In this document: positions 24,701 to 48,328 of the stretch, piece by piece
Layout of the letters: each line of letters begins with the position of its first letter
How positions within the stretch are numbered: the stretch's first letter is position 1
Assembly (NCBI RefSeq): GCF_964355755.1
Contig: NC_092671.1
Coordinates: 35,536,304-35,600,303, forward strand
Reading direction: 5' to 3'
DNA from: Antedon mediterranea
Lineage: Eukaryota; Animalia; Echinodermata
Length of the DNA: 64,000 bases
Translations under genes and position numbers: made by a program
The notes under the pieces: generated by a model
Told to the model about the DNA's origin: nothing
What the model saw: only the letters and a program-made list of their open reading frames with translations
Database searches by the model: none

Positions 24701-26589
24701 CATTTTTATCTTTGTGCACAAGGGGCAGACAAGGGCTATCACGTGAGGCCTCTCAGATAACCTACCACTTAAGTGCGACACTTAAGTGCATTGTAATTAA
24801 TTACACAACACCTTGCTAACGCCAATCATAAATATAGAAATAGAACTAAAAATATAAAAACAGATTAGATTAAAAACCAACATTCATAATTTTATCTTAT
24901 TTGAAGTGTCTGACTGATAAATAATTAGGCGTCAACTAATAACCTATAGGAACCACTCAAGATGTTCACCCATTTTATTCACGCTGAATGGGTCACTACT
25001 CTCTATAAACAGTACACATTATGCCCCTGTTGAGTAAGCATACATCGTTATCTTTGTTGATTGTAGGCACTATCACAATAGTATAATTTAGGCGTCAAGC
25101 CATCATTTTCTTATCTCTCAACGATTACCCATTTCAATATTTCAGTTAAATTTTATTTCCACAATATAAAAACATACATACAGGATAATAAATACAATGA
25201 AGTAATCATGTGGGGGGAGAGTCATATAAGTCAGAAAGACACAAGTTTAACCCACCCTAAGATATAACAATACATACAAATACAAAAAATAAAATATATA
25301 TACATAAAGTAATAACAAATAAAAGAAAACAAAGCTACAATTTCTAACTAAACCATATTATCCGATCTTTCATCTTGAATGATTGAAAATTGGACTAAAT
25401 TGAACAAAATAATGCCATGATTAAATCCTGATACTCTTGTAATAACTTCATTATGTCTAAAGATGTACTTTACATTCTCAACCCCAGATGTTGCAGTTGG
25501 TTAAAAATACTTATAGTTTTACCGCGTTTTCCTGTCTGTTTAATAAAAAGATAACTATTTTTGGCACATATGGCATTCCATACGTATACTACTTGGGTAC
25601 GTGTGAGCTGGTAAACTTTTCAGAGAAACATCGAGAAGCAAACTGGTGGACTAACAATAAAAGAAACAATAACAACAGACTTGGAGGGAGGGGGCAGGTC
25701 TAGTTTAATACGTATATATATTTAGACTTGCCCCAAGTCTGTATTTATTGTCTTTTTTTTTTATTTATTTGTTTTTATTTCGACCGCGATTTTTGTCTGA
25801 AAATACAGACTTGTGAAACACGTATAGAAATCGATTTGCAGACCGCAAACCTCCGATAAGAATGACGTAGGTTATCATACCGTATTTGGCTATATGGGGC
25901 GGGCGGTATGTAAATATGTATTTTGAATCAACCAATGATCATTTTGTTTCAAAATGAAAAAGATCGAGTACGTACAGTGCTGAATGTACTATCGAGACTG
26001 AACAACTGTTGATGAAATATAAAATCGTGTTGCCAAGTTGTTTTGTTTATTAATTGTTTAGTCCTCCTGCGTAGGGCTACTCAACTCGTACGTATGACCT
26101 GCCAAATAAAACGCCAATAAATAAGGTACATACCACCACCGACCGGCACACAACAGGGCTACACCACCACAAACACAGAACAGGACAGGGTCTGGGTGGG
26201 AATTATAAAATCAAATTATCTCCGCATAATATGATCCATTCAATGTTTGATTTGGCGGAGAAGCTAGCCTATCATATCAAGACGAGTTTTCATGTTCTTG
26301 GGAAAAATCCCATCAAATGTTTACCAGACTACTAGGCATATAAAATCATTTATAGCCTTCAGAAACTTTCATCAATGTATACCCAAGTACACATTGTCTA
26401 AACGTAGCATAGCGCATGCGTATCATCTTAGATGTTGAGTCTTTGAAATTCTGAAATATGAATATTAAAACTGCCTGCGAGTGAGTAGCCAATGGCATGC
26501 GGCTGAAACTAGTCAACTGGATAATTTATGCACCAAGAATTCTTGGTGTCAAACCACGTGACTTATGCGTGTTTCCCCAGACGGAGTAT

Positions 26590-26685
26590 CCAAAGTCAAG
26601 TAATAAATGTATGAAACGCCATGTGTGCAAAAATATTTATATTTTACTAATATTAAGACAAAACTCCGTCTGGAGCCCAGACTAA
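26590..26685. mobile_element. Terminal fragment of an Academ-like non-autonomous element (other pieces ~25545-25755, 34260-34342, 53624-53778)
   Basis: Shared tatgaaacgccat...aaaatatttat.ttttactaaatatt...aactccgtctgga.cccagacta; TAG(T/A)CT-type termini. Confidence 0.55.
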
Positions 26686-27749
26686 TATATATTATGCGCT
26701 GTGTCATAAATGAGAATTATAATATTTCTCATTTATGATACAGCGCAACGGCGTAGCCCTACAGTACGCTCAACACATGCACTTTGAAATGTATTTTGAC
26801 GACAGAAATAATCATCTTAGTATCTGTATCAAATATACATAATGCAGTACCTATCAGTGCAATTGTTAAACTTGACTCTCATTATTTTACATACATCGTA
26901 CGTTTTGCTTAGTATCAATTTGTGCATGGCTGTATCACTTAATTTATTTGAACACATTTCAAGTACTATTATCAAGTTGATAACAACTGAATCTACAAAG
27001 TTGTTATCTTATTCTGGGAGCTATTTTGAGTTCTGCTAAATTAACTGTCGTTTAATATCATTGCAAACGTAGTTTTTGGTTATAATATTAAAATAACATC
27101 AAATCTAGAAATTTAATCAATAAAAAACGTGAATCATACAAAAAAACATGCTAAAATGAAATAAAAACAACCAACAAACTAATTTTGATCGTTTTATTTT
27201 GAATATGCTACACACAATATTGTAAATCATGGAAGAGGTCTTATTAATACACACTATTTTAAACAACTAATTTTCCACGCATACAAAAATATAGTGGTGG
27301 ATTCAAATTGTACCATGCTATAAATTTACCGTTCTCCCACGGCATTCAAATTATAATCTTAACAAAAATATATATAATTAATTAATTGTGAGCATTGCTT
27401 TTTATAATAGATAGAAATTACGCTTACAATGTAAATTGACAATAGTTTATTTTGTAATATAAAAAGAGAGGATAAAGTAGAGGTAAAAATGATGCCAATG
27501 AAAGTATTGCTTCTACTTTTGCGCACTATACCGGTATATTATTTAACTGTATCGTTTTTTGGGGCTTCTTGTATCTAGTATCAATATGTACACAACAGAG
27601 GCGGAGTATACTAAGTGGTAACGTGACATTATCACTGCACAGTAAGTGGTTAAATCGATATTGTATTAAACAAAAAGTCACTGCTTCATCAGATGGGATC
27701 TCTAACCGAACTATCAACTGGTAAAGAAGACTGAATCTTATACACCAAC

Positions 27750-33148
<5,399 letters not shown>

Positions 33149-33932
33149 TAATACTAATGCAATAACATATTATTATATTATAACAAACTTTGCAATATGA
33201 ATTACACAATAAATTGTTTGTATAATAATGCATAAAAGTGCATGGTAGGTTTGTCATTTCATTTCATTTATTCCACATTTATTTAGTAATCAATTACAGT
33301 ACATCATAATTACAGTACAACTGAAAACAGGGATCCTGCATAAAAAAGCTGTAGCTTCGTTTTTTTGTAGGACCCTTTTACATAAGAACAAGTATATATA
33401 ACTTAAATAAAACAAAGGTGTTGTTAATCAGCATATAGTGATAACAAGTTTTTGACCTGTTTTTTTATACATTTATTTTGTTTCTTTAAAATAACCGGTT
33501 TATTACTACCATTACAAGTGAATTCTTTCCACAATTTTGGTCCATATAATGTGTATAAACTGTTGACTGCAAGTTAGTCTTGTGAAGGGAATTTCGAATT
33601 CAGTTTCTGTTCTGAGGTTATGAGTAGACCTAATACTGTCACAGTAATTTCATAGGTCGATGCCTATCATGGGCCTATACTTCATAGGTCCATGTATATC
33701 TTAGGCATATAATTGATAGGTCCATGCTTTTAGACGTACGAATTCTCTAATAGACTTCAATTTTTACCGAAACTCCAACTGTATATATACCTTATTGTAA
33801 CATAATGCATATTCAAATGAGTAGTTTTGTTTCAGTAGGCCTAAGTCATCTTTTTTTTAAATGATTTAAAAGTAAAAATTGTAATTGTTTGTACATGGTT
33901 AATAAATATTAAATATTTTGAACAGAAATCCA

Positions 33933-35588
33933 TCATTTCTTCTTTTTTGTTTTTTTCTTTTTGGCCGATTTCGCCGGTCTTCCTGACTTTCTTGACGCCT
34001 TTGTTGATTTTGTTGATTTCCCGGATTTTGATCGACTTTTGATGGATGATGAGTTTCCCTTCTTTACTGCTGGTTGTTTAGGTTTTTCGATGTATTCTAC
34101 TCTTTCGCCAACACATTTTAACTGAAAAAGCACAGCCATTACAGGTTAACCTTCTGTTGAATTTCCCCCAATTACCGTATTGGATTTTAGTTTTAATGCA
34201 TGTAATGCATGTCGCATGATAGATTTTTTTATGTTAGTTCATCAGTCGGCGTTTCATTATACATATGAAACGCCATATATGCCAAAATATTTATCTTTTT
34301 ACTAAATATTATGTAAAAAACTCCGTTTGGAACCCAGACTAGACGCATGGGTTCAATGGAGTATTTATTGAATATCATGTGACCCCCAATTATACAGTAC
34401 TTTATCAACTTTAAAATCATCGTTTTGTTGATACTAACCTGATTACAGACCCTACATCGATTGACTTCCCACATACAACCACTGAAGTCGCCTCTGAAAC
34501 ATGCTCGGCAAAACCTGGTACCACACCACTTACACTTGTACGTCTGTTAATACAAAATATCCTTTAATTTTCTGTATGGTTATGATTCTAGAATGTGTAA
34601 GATTAATTTTAATCTATTAAATTTATTGTCGTAATTTTCTATATGATACTTAGTTTATATCGATAAACTTTCTAAAGGTATACCAATTACAACAATGTTC
34701 GTTTTGGTCTATATTAAGTGACGCCTTTCCGAGTATTTTAAATTTGTGTTATAATAAATTAATTAATTCACTCAATCAACACGTTTATCGGTAATGATTC
34801 TATGGTATATTCTTGTGTGCCCACGATTGTTTATGAAACACAACGATACTGGTAATCTACAGCCAATTATAAAAGGAATAACAAAGAAACGATTGTCAGG
34901 TAAATAGTTAATTGGGGTTATCTTCCAATCGATACAAAACATTTAGAAATGACAAGGTAATGTACCGCAATATGCATGACGTACTCATCCCTGGACGCAC
35001 TGTCACCCATGCAAATGCAAAAATCAAAGTATATTTATTATTCAATTTTAGTTATCGCAATATGACCGATAACTGAGCTCTGTCTACACTATCAAATTGT
35101 ATGTGACAAAAATGTGATGTACACATTATATGGACATGATGATATCATATTACTACCGTATTTAAGCACATCACACTGTTTTTGTCAAATATAGTTTGAT
35201 AGTGTAGACAGATCTTTACAGTGTCTATTATTCAATCTTCTTAGGAGTTAATCTTATATGTTTAAGGCGAACTAGTATGTCATTTCTTTAAAATACAATA
35301 CTATACTAATACTACTATATGACTATACTATACGACAGTTGTAGTATAAAGGTATGTTACTAAGCCTAATATATACATAAACATTACACAAGACAAGTAC
35401 GCCTACCTAATTACGTCTTGGTTGTAATTCTGCAGTTTCTATCGGACCTATACTCTCTCAATGACTATAACTCCTACATAGGGTCTACAATTTTTGCCGT
35501 AACGTAAAATAGCAACGATACGCAAAAAGTTATACATATTAGGCCTAATACTCACCGTATCCACCGTGGGACATCCCCAGCGGCACAT
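33933..35588 (-). CDS. Uncharacterised small Cys-rich (FYVE-like spacing) protein with Lys-rich tail, ~108 aa
   Basis: Exons 35588-35556 (MCRWGCPTVDT), 34543-34439 (TYKCKWCGTRFCRACFRGDFSGCMWEVNRCRVCNQ), 34121-33933 (LKCVGERVEYIEKPK...KKKKTKKKK*). Both introns are phase 0 with canonical GT-AG ends. Confidence 0.72.
35076..35215. mobile_element. MITE family A
   Basis: Both TIRs present, internal deletion. Confidence 0.85.
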
Positions 35589-36667
35589 TTCTTGTATTGT
35601 TGATATTCTCTCCAGAAAACATCGCAGGGCCTAAGCCCCCACTTCGTATACCAAAGCCTTGTTGCTATGTGTGTCGATGGACGCTCGCGAGTTATACTAT
35701 TTGAACAATCAATCAATTCTATTGAAGGGCATAATATACCCACCTGAACCAAGGAGAATAACTAAACAATTGTATTGTTATATTGTTGTGTTTACTTTAC
35801 TAACGTGCGGTAGGTACTTGCTTGTTGTATCAATTATTTGTTCGTATTCTTAGGTTTAGGCCACTGAAGAATCAATTGCGATTGAGAAATCTTTCGAAGA
35901 TGCATATGAATTTAAATTAATTCAGCATTAATGACTAAGATGATTAAAGCAACTTGCCTACTTAAATTAAAACAAAACTATCATACTCATCTAACAGCGG
36001 GCAACTCGTCAATTACAGTATAGTTAAACTATTTAATAGTTTATCGTGCTTAACGATGTCTCATTTGACACTGATTATAGGTAGGGTCAGGATTTGAACC
36101 TGGACCCTGGGATTGAATGATCCATATAGCCCCACTACACCCAGCTAGAACTCCATTACTTACACCGAGAACGCTCGAGTGTACTGTTCACGTCCTATGA
36201 AAGTCCTCTGTATTTATGACAGTTAGTTTGTGCTTTTCCTTTATTATATCTAGAGTACCAACACACTAATAGAAACACTCCTGTCCAAATGTCTTCTTGA
36301 ACCGGCACCATTTTGTGATGTCTTCATTATCGTCATTAAAATATTCAAAATAATTAACTGTAACGCTTGGTTAATTATTCATAATAATAACAAAGCAAGA
36401 CATGAATATTTATGTGGCGACTTTATTTTTTCTTGTATACAGTACATATTCAGTTGTTTTGGATTTGTACAGATAGTTTTGTTATCAAACTAAATTAGTT
36501 TTCGTTCTTAATTTTGTAATAAAGTTAAAATACCAAATGTGTGTGGAACTTTTATTTGTTTCATTGTCCTCGAATTTATCTATAGCTTCTTGTAGGTTAG
36601 TGTTTGAATGAAATGAAATGTAGATTTGTTGCAGACGATAAAAAGCAGTTTAAATAGCTGTATTTGT

Positions 36668-41109
<4,442 letters not shown>

Positions 41110-41203
41110 GTTGTTTGTTTGAATTGAAGAGACTTACAGGATGATTGAGGTTTTACCGTCCGGTCTGGTGTTTCGCAGTAATGAAGCGCTACTTTGCATT
41201 CGG

Positions 41204-41212
41204 TTTTTATAT
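41204..41212 (-). promoter_or_regulatory. TATA box of beta-tubulin
   Basis: TATATAAAA on the minus strand ~100 bp upstream of the ATG. Confidence 0.55.
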
Positions 41213-42402
41213 ACCGCCCAATTTCTAAATATGTAAATGTGATTTATATGACGCGCCGACTATGTCAAAATATGATTTTTTTTTATTGAAATCAATTAGT
41301 ATGGGGTTATTAATCTATAACAATTATTCCGACTGATTAACAGGTCCTAAGTAAATTAAGTAAAATTTTAGAAGATAAGAAACATCCATTACATTATGAG
41401 ATTTTATAAGAACAAGTCAGGCCGGTTACGGGCTCCTAGAGCTGATACGGCAAGAAACCGACTGTCTTTTGTACCAACTTCAACTCATATTTTTAACTCA
41501 AAGATTTTTAGATCATAATAGCGCACATGCAATATATATTTTAAAGTTTTTACTGTTGATGGATGTTTTAATTAATGTTTTTAAATTGTAAATTTGTTCT
41601 ATGTATGATGTAACTATGAATGTTTTACCATATTTTTCTGTCGAGGAAAACAATTTTTCCATGTACAATTTAGTATATGGAACGAATAAAAATTTGATTT
41701 GATTTGATTTGATATGATATAGAACGAAAATTACTAAATAAAAAATCACACAAAGCAAAATATATAGAACGAAACTCTCTAAAAAAACCCAGTAGGCCTA
41801 CAAGATAGTTTCGACTCGCTGCAGAGACGGTTAATTGAAGTAAACACTAGAAAACCATTTAAAAAGTGATTGCGTAGGCCTACTTTTAATAATAAATCAG
41901 TACATTTGCAGGGACATTACAGCACAGACGTACTAGGAAAGTTAAACAAATGACGTGTGTCAATAGGTAAAACTTTATTATTAAACTTGTTCGTTCGCTA
42001 AATTATCAGCTGTGATTTTGACAGAACGTACAATTCTGCGTACCATACCCAAATTGTTAATTGAATGATTTCTACAAATTGATCGTACGAACCTCACATT
42101 TAATCAGCCGTGATACCATACAATCTGACGTAGGTCAAATCTAGGTTGATACTATCATTTTCGATGTAACAGCTTGGGATACATACCTAAAAAATACAAC
42201 AAAATGAAAAGCAGGGGTAATTATCCATAAAGAGAAAGACAAGTGGAACTAACTATAGCAAGGTGGAATATGGCGGTTAGCATCTGTTAGGAAAGAGAGG
42301 AGTCTGATTGGTTCTCATCAGGCTAGATAAGATAATAAGATGTTTACGTGACCAAATAATATATACAACAATAATTAGGAACAGAGAGATATAATTATGT
42401 TA

Positions 42403-42625
42403 TAATAATAATAATAATAGTACGAATTTATAATGCGCCAATTCCAGCAGTAATTAGTGATCAAAGGCGCGGTGTATGAGAGAACTCAATCTGATGAAAA
42501 AGATGAGTTTTCAAGGCAGATTTAAAGGCGATAGTAGACGAACATGATCTAATAGAGGCGGGTAGGTCATTCCATAAGCGAGAGGCAACAGAAGTGAAGG
42601 TGCTTAAGCCATATGTTTTAGATTT
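42403..42625 (-). mobile_element. L2-like LINE 3' end
   Basis: Minus-strand translation AFTSVASRLWNDLPASIRSCSSTIAFKSALKTHLF, then gcgcctttga...gcgcattataaat and a (TTA)n tail. Confidence 0.8.
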
Positions 42626-43806
42626 TCTGTTGTGTGAAATAATAAAAACAAAAGTTCAACTCATAGCGTGTATACAATTGTTAGGCCTATATGAATGAAA
42701 TGACATAGGCCTAACTTAATTCTTTCCATAGAAATACAATATAAAAGACAAAGAACAAGAAAAAAAACAAGGCACAAAACCAGGCAGAGACAGGATACAT
42801 TAAAAACAAACTTAATGACTATCTGGTAGGTGTCCGATTGCACTGATTGGATAAAAACATTTAGAATACAATTTGTATAAACATTAAAAATGCATAAATG
42901 CAAAATAAAATTAAAATATATTGCAATACCATTAAAAATCATCAATAAATAGCACTCAATACATTGCTCTCAAACTCAATAACAGACTCAATATGGGGCA
43001 TTACCACCTATCTGATAGGACAGTGATTAATTTACTATTGGTAATCCTTGACCACTAAAGGCCTAAATACATAAAATAAAAAATATCATCAAAATATGTA
43101 AAAATTCCAAGGCTGTGTTGATAATAATAATAATACCAGAAATTTAGATTATTATCAATTGCTTGCCGACATTTTTTTTTAGCTCATTTTCAATTTTTAG
43201 GCCTATGTATGGATCTTATACCCATCCACAAACCCCTAATGAAGTCCTGAGATTTCCTCATTTCGGCTTGGATACTACACCATACGACCGTTATAATATT
43301 AAAACGATATTAATATTAATCATTTACTACTTTATGTAGGTGCTTATTTGGCAATGAATCCACACATACACATAGTAGGATTTTAAACCCGAACGATTCT
43401 TTTGTCTTTTCTTTGTTCTCAATTTAGCAATTTCATACTTATAATCTTCCTAACAAAAGTTTATTGGACAACACTCTGACGGAACAAATGCAGCATTGTA
43501 ACGATAAAGTTGTAACAAAATATAATGTGCGTGCATAGTTCCCAGTATATAGGCTTAACAGGAGATTCACTATTATGATGTAGTTATCATCGTCATGATG
43601 TTTTTCAACCATTTTTAAAGAACCATAATTAAATTGATAAAAAATTAAACCAGTAGAGTTATACATAAACACAGTTTTATAATTTACAGAGGTCGCTTTT
43701 AAATTGAATTTCCTTTCTTTTTTCACCATAACATCCAAGTTCAAGAATATTGCATCCGAATACATTTAGGAATCTAGACGAATCAAAAACATTATAAATT
43801 TAGCCA

Positions 43807-43829
43807 TGACGTAATCCGGAAATGACGTA
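43807..43829 (+). promoter_or_regulatory. CRE-like/ETS composite site upstream of the TM2 gene
   Basis: TGACGTAA-T-CCGGAAA-TGACGTA. Confidence 0.35.
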
Positions 43830-44653
43830 CTGCTATTCAAGTTTACAATAATTATTGTAAACAAGAGCAAAGAACAAACTGCGACAGATCACGAGTATTT
43901 TAAAGTACCGATAATCGTTTTATATCCTTGCTAAATAAATATAATCTACCGTCACACGATTTATTTATTTTGCATTATAAAAAAAGAAATTGTTAATGCG
44001 CGCCGCTAAACTTTTACCTTATGTTCAATGAAATAAAAAAAAGGTTACTTTAAATAAGAACGTAAAAGACATAATATTGTAATGTTGTTCATGTAAAATT
44101 GATTCACTATACTTACCTGTTTTAATATCCAACAGGATAAAAAAGAGTGTTATAACTAAATCACGAGTTATTTAATGCAAACAGTAAAGTAAAAAATTAT
44201 GCTTTAATTCTATTTAATTGTTTGTAACTACTGTGGAGTAGCTTTGCGTCAGGGTGCCTGGATGTGTCGAGTAATTGGTCAGATGTTTGCCCTACTAGTA
44301 ACGTAATTTTTACTTTATACTAAGTACAGAGAGGTATGAACTAGGCTAGTGATCTGTAGGTCATGGGTTCGAGTCCCACCCAATTCTTAATTCTCAATGT
44401 ACTTATATTAGTGTTTTTATCTGTAATATAAACGATACTGTACACAATGTGTAGGATCCGGCTCACCCTCTTTTTTATTTGAAAAATAGCCTATTTTGCG
44501 AGGGCGGACCTATACCTCTGTTTCCTTCTCCCATTTCTCCACATTACTAGTTAGCATGTGACTGGAGTGTATTTACTTTCATTCCGGTACTATACAAACA
44601 AAACAAAGGTTGATATGTAGTAAGTACATGTAAATGTGTCATATGCAGTCGCA

Positions 44654-46282
44654 ATGTCGGCAGAGAAACAAATCGAAGCTAATGCATCGGCACATAATGG
44701 TTTTCAAACCAGCTCTGACTACAATCCATCGATAACTGTTACAGTAGAGAGATCACCATACAGGACCAAGTCATTACTCGACGCCTATATTTTACTTATA
44801 CCACTAGGCTTCTTTGGTGCCCACCATTTCTACCTGAGACGACCGGGATGGGGTGTGCTGTATCTGTTTACGTTTGGCCTACTTGGTCTAGGATGGTTGC
44901 TAGATATTTTCCGAATGCCAAATCTGGTACAAAACGCAAACAATAAAGACATCTACGGTGAAACATCGACTCAGAAGTTTGACTTGTTAGACACTTGGGT
45001 CATTGGATTTTGTCCGATAACCGGTTTACTTGGTAAGTTAAACTATAGAAAATATACAGTACTTATAACTGTATTTTTGTTTATTGAACCACTAAAGCTG
45101 TCAAAGTAACAAAAAAAAGTGATATGCCCATATAATAATATTATATGAAAATGTTGATGTCATATCACTATCGTATTTGGGCATATCACTACCATAGTTG
45201 AGCATATTACACTTTTTTTTTGTCAAATTAGTTTGATAGTATAGACAGAGCTTAATAAGAGAACATGACAATTATTCGTTCCCACTAAGATTAGTATTGG
45301 TAGCTTTATTCATACACACGGTCATAATATTACGTTCATGTATATTCGTTAAAAAAATGTTCGTACATCCACTTTACCATCCACATATCTATTCTTCCAT
45401 AAATTCCAAACAATCCGATCTTCATGCATACGTCTATCATTCCATTCGTTTTAAGCACTATTCCTAAAGTCCATTTCTATTCATCCACATAATCTATTCA
45501 CGCAAGTGGCGTAACGGATAAACCCAGGGGCCCCGAGCAGTGTCCAGATGTGTCGGAAAGGGTTAAAAACGCTCGATGCCTCTAATATTGGAGGGCCACT
45601 TAGGGACCTCAGGTCTCTACATTACGCCACTGATTCACGCATACATCATCACATCCCTCCAACCACGAATCTTTCGCATCTACAAATGAATATAAACCAA
45701 GTTTTTATGTTTACAAACACATTTTTCTATTTAACAGGTTTCCATCATTACCGTCTTGGACGGATTGGATGGGGTCTTCTGTACACATTTACACTAGGAC
45801 TGTTTGGTCTCGGCTGGTTATTCGACAATTTCCGAATGCCGCTACTTGTAAAACGGGCAAACATAGAAGCGTTGGAAAACAATCCAAGTGAGGGTAAATA
45901 TAAGGATCAGTGTGAAAGACAAGAGCCATTCAAAGGCTATTACCTAGATGATGTGTACGTTCTTGCGTTTAATCCGTTAGGTATCCTAGGCCTTCATCAT
46001 TTCTACTTGAAACGATGTGGATGGGGAACGCTGTACCTGCTTACCGTCGGTGTATTTGGCATCGGGTGGCTAGTAGATCTGGTAAGAATGAAAAGGTTGG
46101 TTGAGCGGAAGAATTCCGAAATCTGTCATCACAATCAAGGAGCTTACTATCATCATTCCAGTACACCACATTATGGAGCAACAAATCTGCCGCAATCTCA
46201 ATACCATTCAGAGAACACTGGTTTCCAACCTGAATACCAACCAGGACCACATGACTACCAGCCTGGCGTACCTAATCATTAA
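44654..46282 (+). CDS. Membrane protein with three tandem TM2 domains (~307 aa to first stop; ~399 aa if TAA 46280-46282 is bypassed)
   Basis: Exons 44654-45032 and 45738-46282. Three repeats of LG..G.HHFYL.R.GWG.LY..T.G.FG.GWL.D..RM..LV; Pro/Gln/Tyr-rich tail whose frame stays open to 46558. Confidence 0.88.
45096..45252. mobile_element. MITE family A
   Basis: TAA target duplication on both sides; left TIR partly deleted. Confidence 0.85.
45504..45632. mobile_element. MITE family D (hAT-like)
   Basis: TIR (C)AGTGGCGTAAC / TTACGCCACTG with perfect 8-bp TSD attcacgc. Confidence 0.88.
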
Positions 46283-46831
46283 CAGTGTCCACCACCTAAC
46301 TACCAGTATGGAATACCAAACCAACAACAACATGGTCCGCCAGGGATGCCTCACTACCAGCCTGGTATACCAAACCAACAACATGTTCCGCCAGGTATGC
46401 CTAACTGCCAGCCTGGCGTACCAAGTCACCAGTCACCAGTAAACCATCCACCACCATCAAGTAAAGATGACATCCAACTACCCCTAAGTGTAGGCGAGTA
46501 TCCTGACCCTACAAATACAGGTTTTCCTAGAGCGAATCCTCCTCCGTATACTCAGTAATACTGTACATTGAGTGTAGGCCTATGTTTATGTCGTGCTGGC
46601 GTACAGAAAGAAGTATGTTTTTGTATTCCTTGTTGCATACCCACAATCATGAAATAAGACGAATTAAAAATAGTGGATATATTTTTGTTTTCAAATGGCC
46701 TGAGCTATAATTTACAATATAATTGGTACCAAAGAACAATGAGAATGTCACTCTTGCCCGACGGTACTATGTCGGAGACTATAGATTATCTTAATCGACA
46801 CCTACATCTTATAGTATACTGTAGTCTGTCA

Positions 46832-47633
46832 TTTTTAGTCGCGTGGAAGCGACTCTATAGTTCACTATGTCGGTCGGTTGGTCGGTCTGTCTGTCTGTCT
46901 GTCGGTCTGTCTGTCGGTCTGTCTGTCTGTCGGTCTGTCGGTCCGGTATCACTATGCGTTTTATCGCTTTCTGACCTTATCTTGATATCAGTTTAATCTA
47001 GCTAAGTCAATTTTTCACAGAATATTCCTTATGGCCAGGAATCGATGTGGTTATGTTTTCACGGTGCGCAATAAAAAATTACGCGGTCTGCGCACGATTT
47101 AACGAAATCACGTTTGTAATCATATCTTCACAACCATGAATCACAATTAAATAAAATTGGTACTCATAAATTTCAGGGCATAAATCATCATATGGCAATA
47201 CAATTACGTGCGTAGCGCATGTAACGCATGCGTACGCGCGCTTAAAATTTTCAAAATTTATTTTCGATGAAGAGAGTACGTTTCAGGCAATTTTAGCGTT
47301 TACAAAATTGCTATGAGTGCGCATATTTTTGCGTGCGCACTGCGCGTTAAATGTTATTGCGAACTCTTTTTGCCCGATTTCTGTTTTCTTGACTTACTTT
47401 TCAACTCGAAATTACGTTATACGAGCACGTCAAAAGTGACAGGCTACGCACGTGTAAATTTAAAAAATATAAATGTTTTTAAACATTTCAACATTTTTAA
47501 ACATGTTCAGTAATTTCGGTCAGTATAGTTCACTATGTCGGTCGGTCGGTCTGTCTGTCGGTCTGTCGGTCTGTCTGTTGGTCCGGTATCACTATGCATT
47601 GTAGCACGCGACTTAATGGCTGTTGGCCTTGTT
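46832..47633 (+). mobile_element. Helentron-associated non-autonomous element (HINE/DINE-1-like)
   Basis: Starts TTTTTAGTCGCGTG, has two (GTCT/GTCG)n microsatellite blocks, subterminal inverted cacgcgact and ends ggccttgtt. Confidence 0.7.
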
Positions 47634-48328
47634 ATTGTATATCTGGAATTATGGGTGTTTAGTTCTAGACTAATATTGTCCCCCTCCCCCCTGATTTTTA
47701 TGTAAGAAAAATAAATACGGTATACAAAATGACACAACAAATGTTTGATTATTCAAAATTGCTCATTGAATTAGCAGGCCAGTTTATTGTAATTTACTGT
47801 TTTCAAAAACGAAAAATAATAAATGTGTATTTACAGAAATAACGTATTTTTCTAATAAGCATACATAATTTATATATAAATATGTGTTTAATAATATGCC
47901 AATAATTTGGTTTATAACCATAATAAAAACTTGATATCAACTTTGTCCAAGTACTCTCACTTGCACTGATGGAGGGCTAGTATTGCCCGAAAGGTCTGCA
48001 ATCTTCATTGAGATCCTGCCACTGATACACACGCCATTGTCATTATTTTCAATAACTTGCCTTTGGATTCATAACAAAAACTTAATATTATTGTAATTAC
48101 TTGGCTTGCGTTTTATTAGACTAAATAGAATAATTTACAAAACAAGGTATAATCAATGAGTGTTTGATACAAGATGATTATTAAATTTTAACTCTATAAG
48201 AGTTCTAAATTGTGGTATGAATTGATTTGTTGTATAAAATTTAAACATATATAATGTCAAGTAAAATAGTTTAAATAATTCAATTTCGAAAGGTTGCATT
48301 CTATCAGTCCACATTTCAGTCCCATACC

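Noticed and set aside
23400-27700. Short ORFs in the long spacer between the receptor paralog and the esterase (also 41200-44600 and 60400-64000)
   Set aside because: Low-complexity AT-rich frames with no recognisable motifs or consistent splice structure.
35552-35752. 66-aa ORF as first exon of the small Cys-rich gene
   Set aside because: Starts at TTG and ends in phase 2 at the donor; only the ATG at 35588 gives the phase 0 needed for the next exon.
35864-35902. Hammerhead-like core CTGAAGA-stem-GAAA-stem
   Set aside because: The cleavage-site base would be G and stem I cannot pair; at best a dead remnant.
44340-44385. tRNA-like sequence (ggttcgagtccc); similar pieces at ~36085-36110 and ~62570-62620
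   Set aside because: B-box only, no complete cloverleaf; probably SINE heads.
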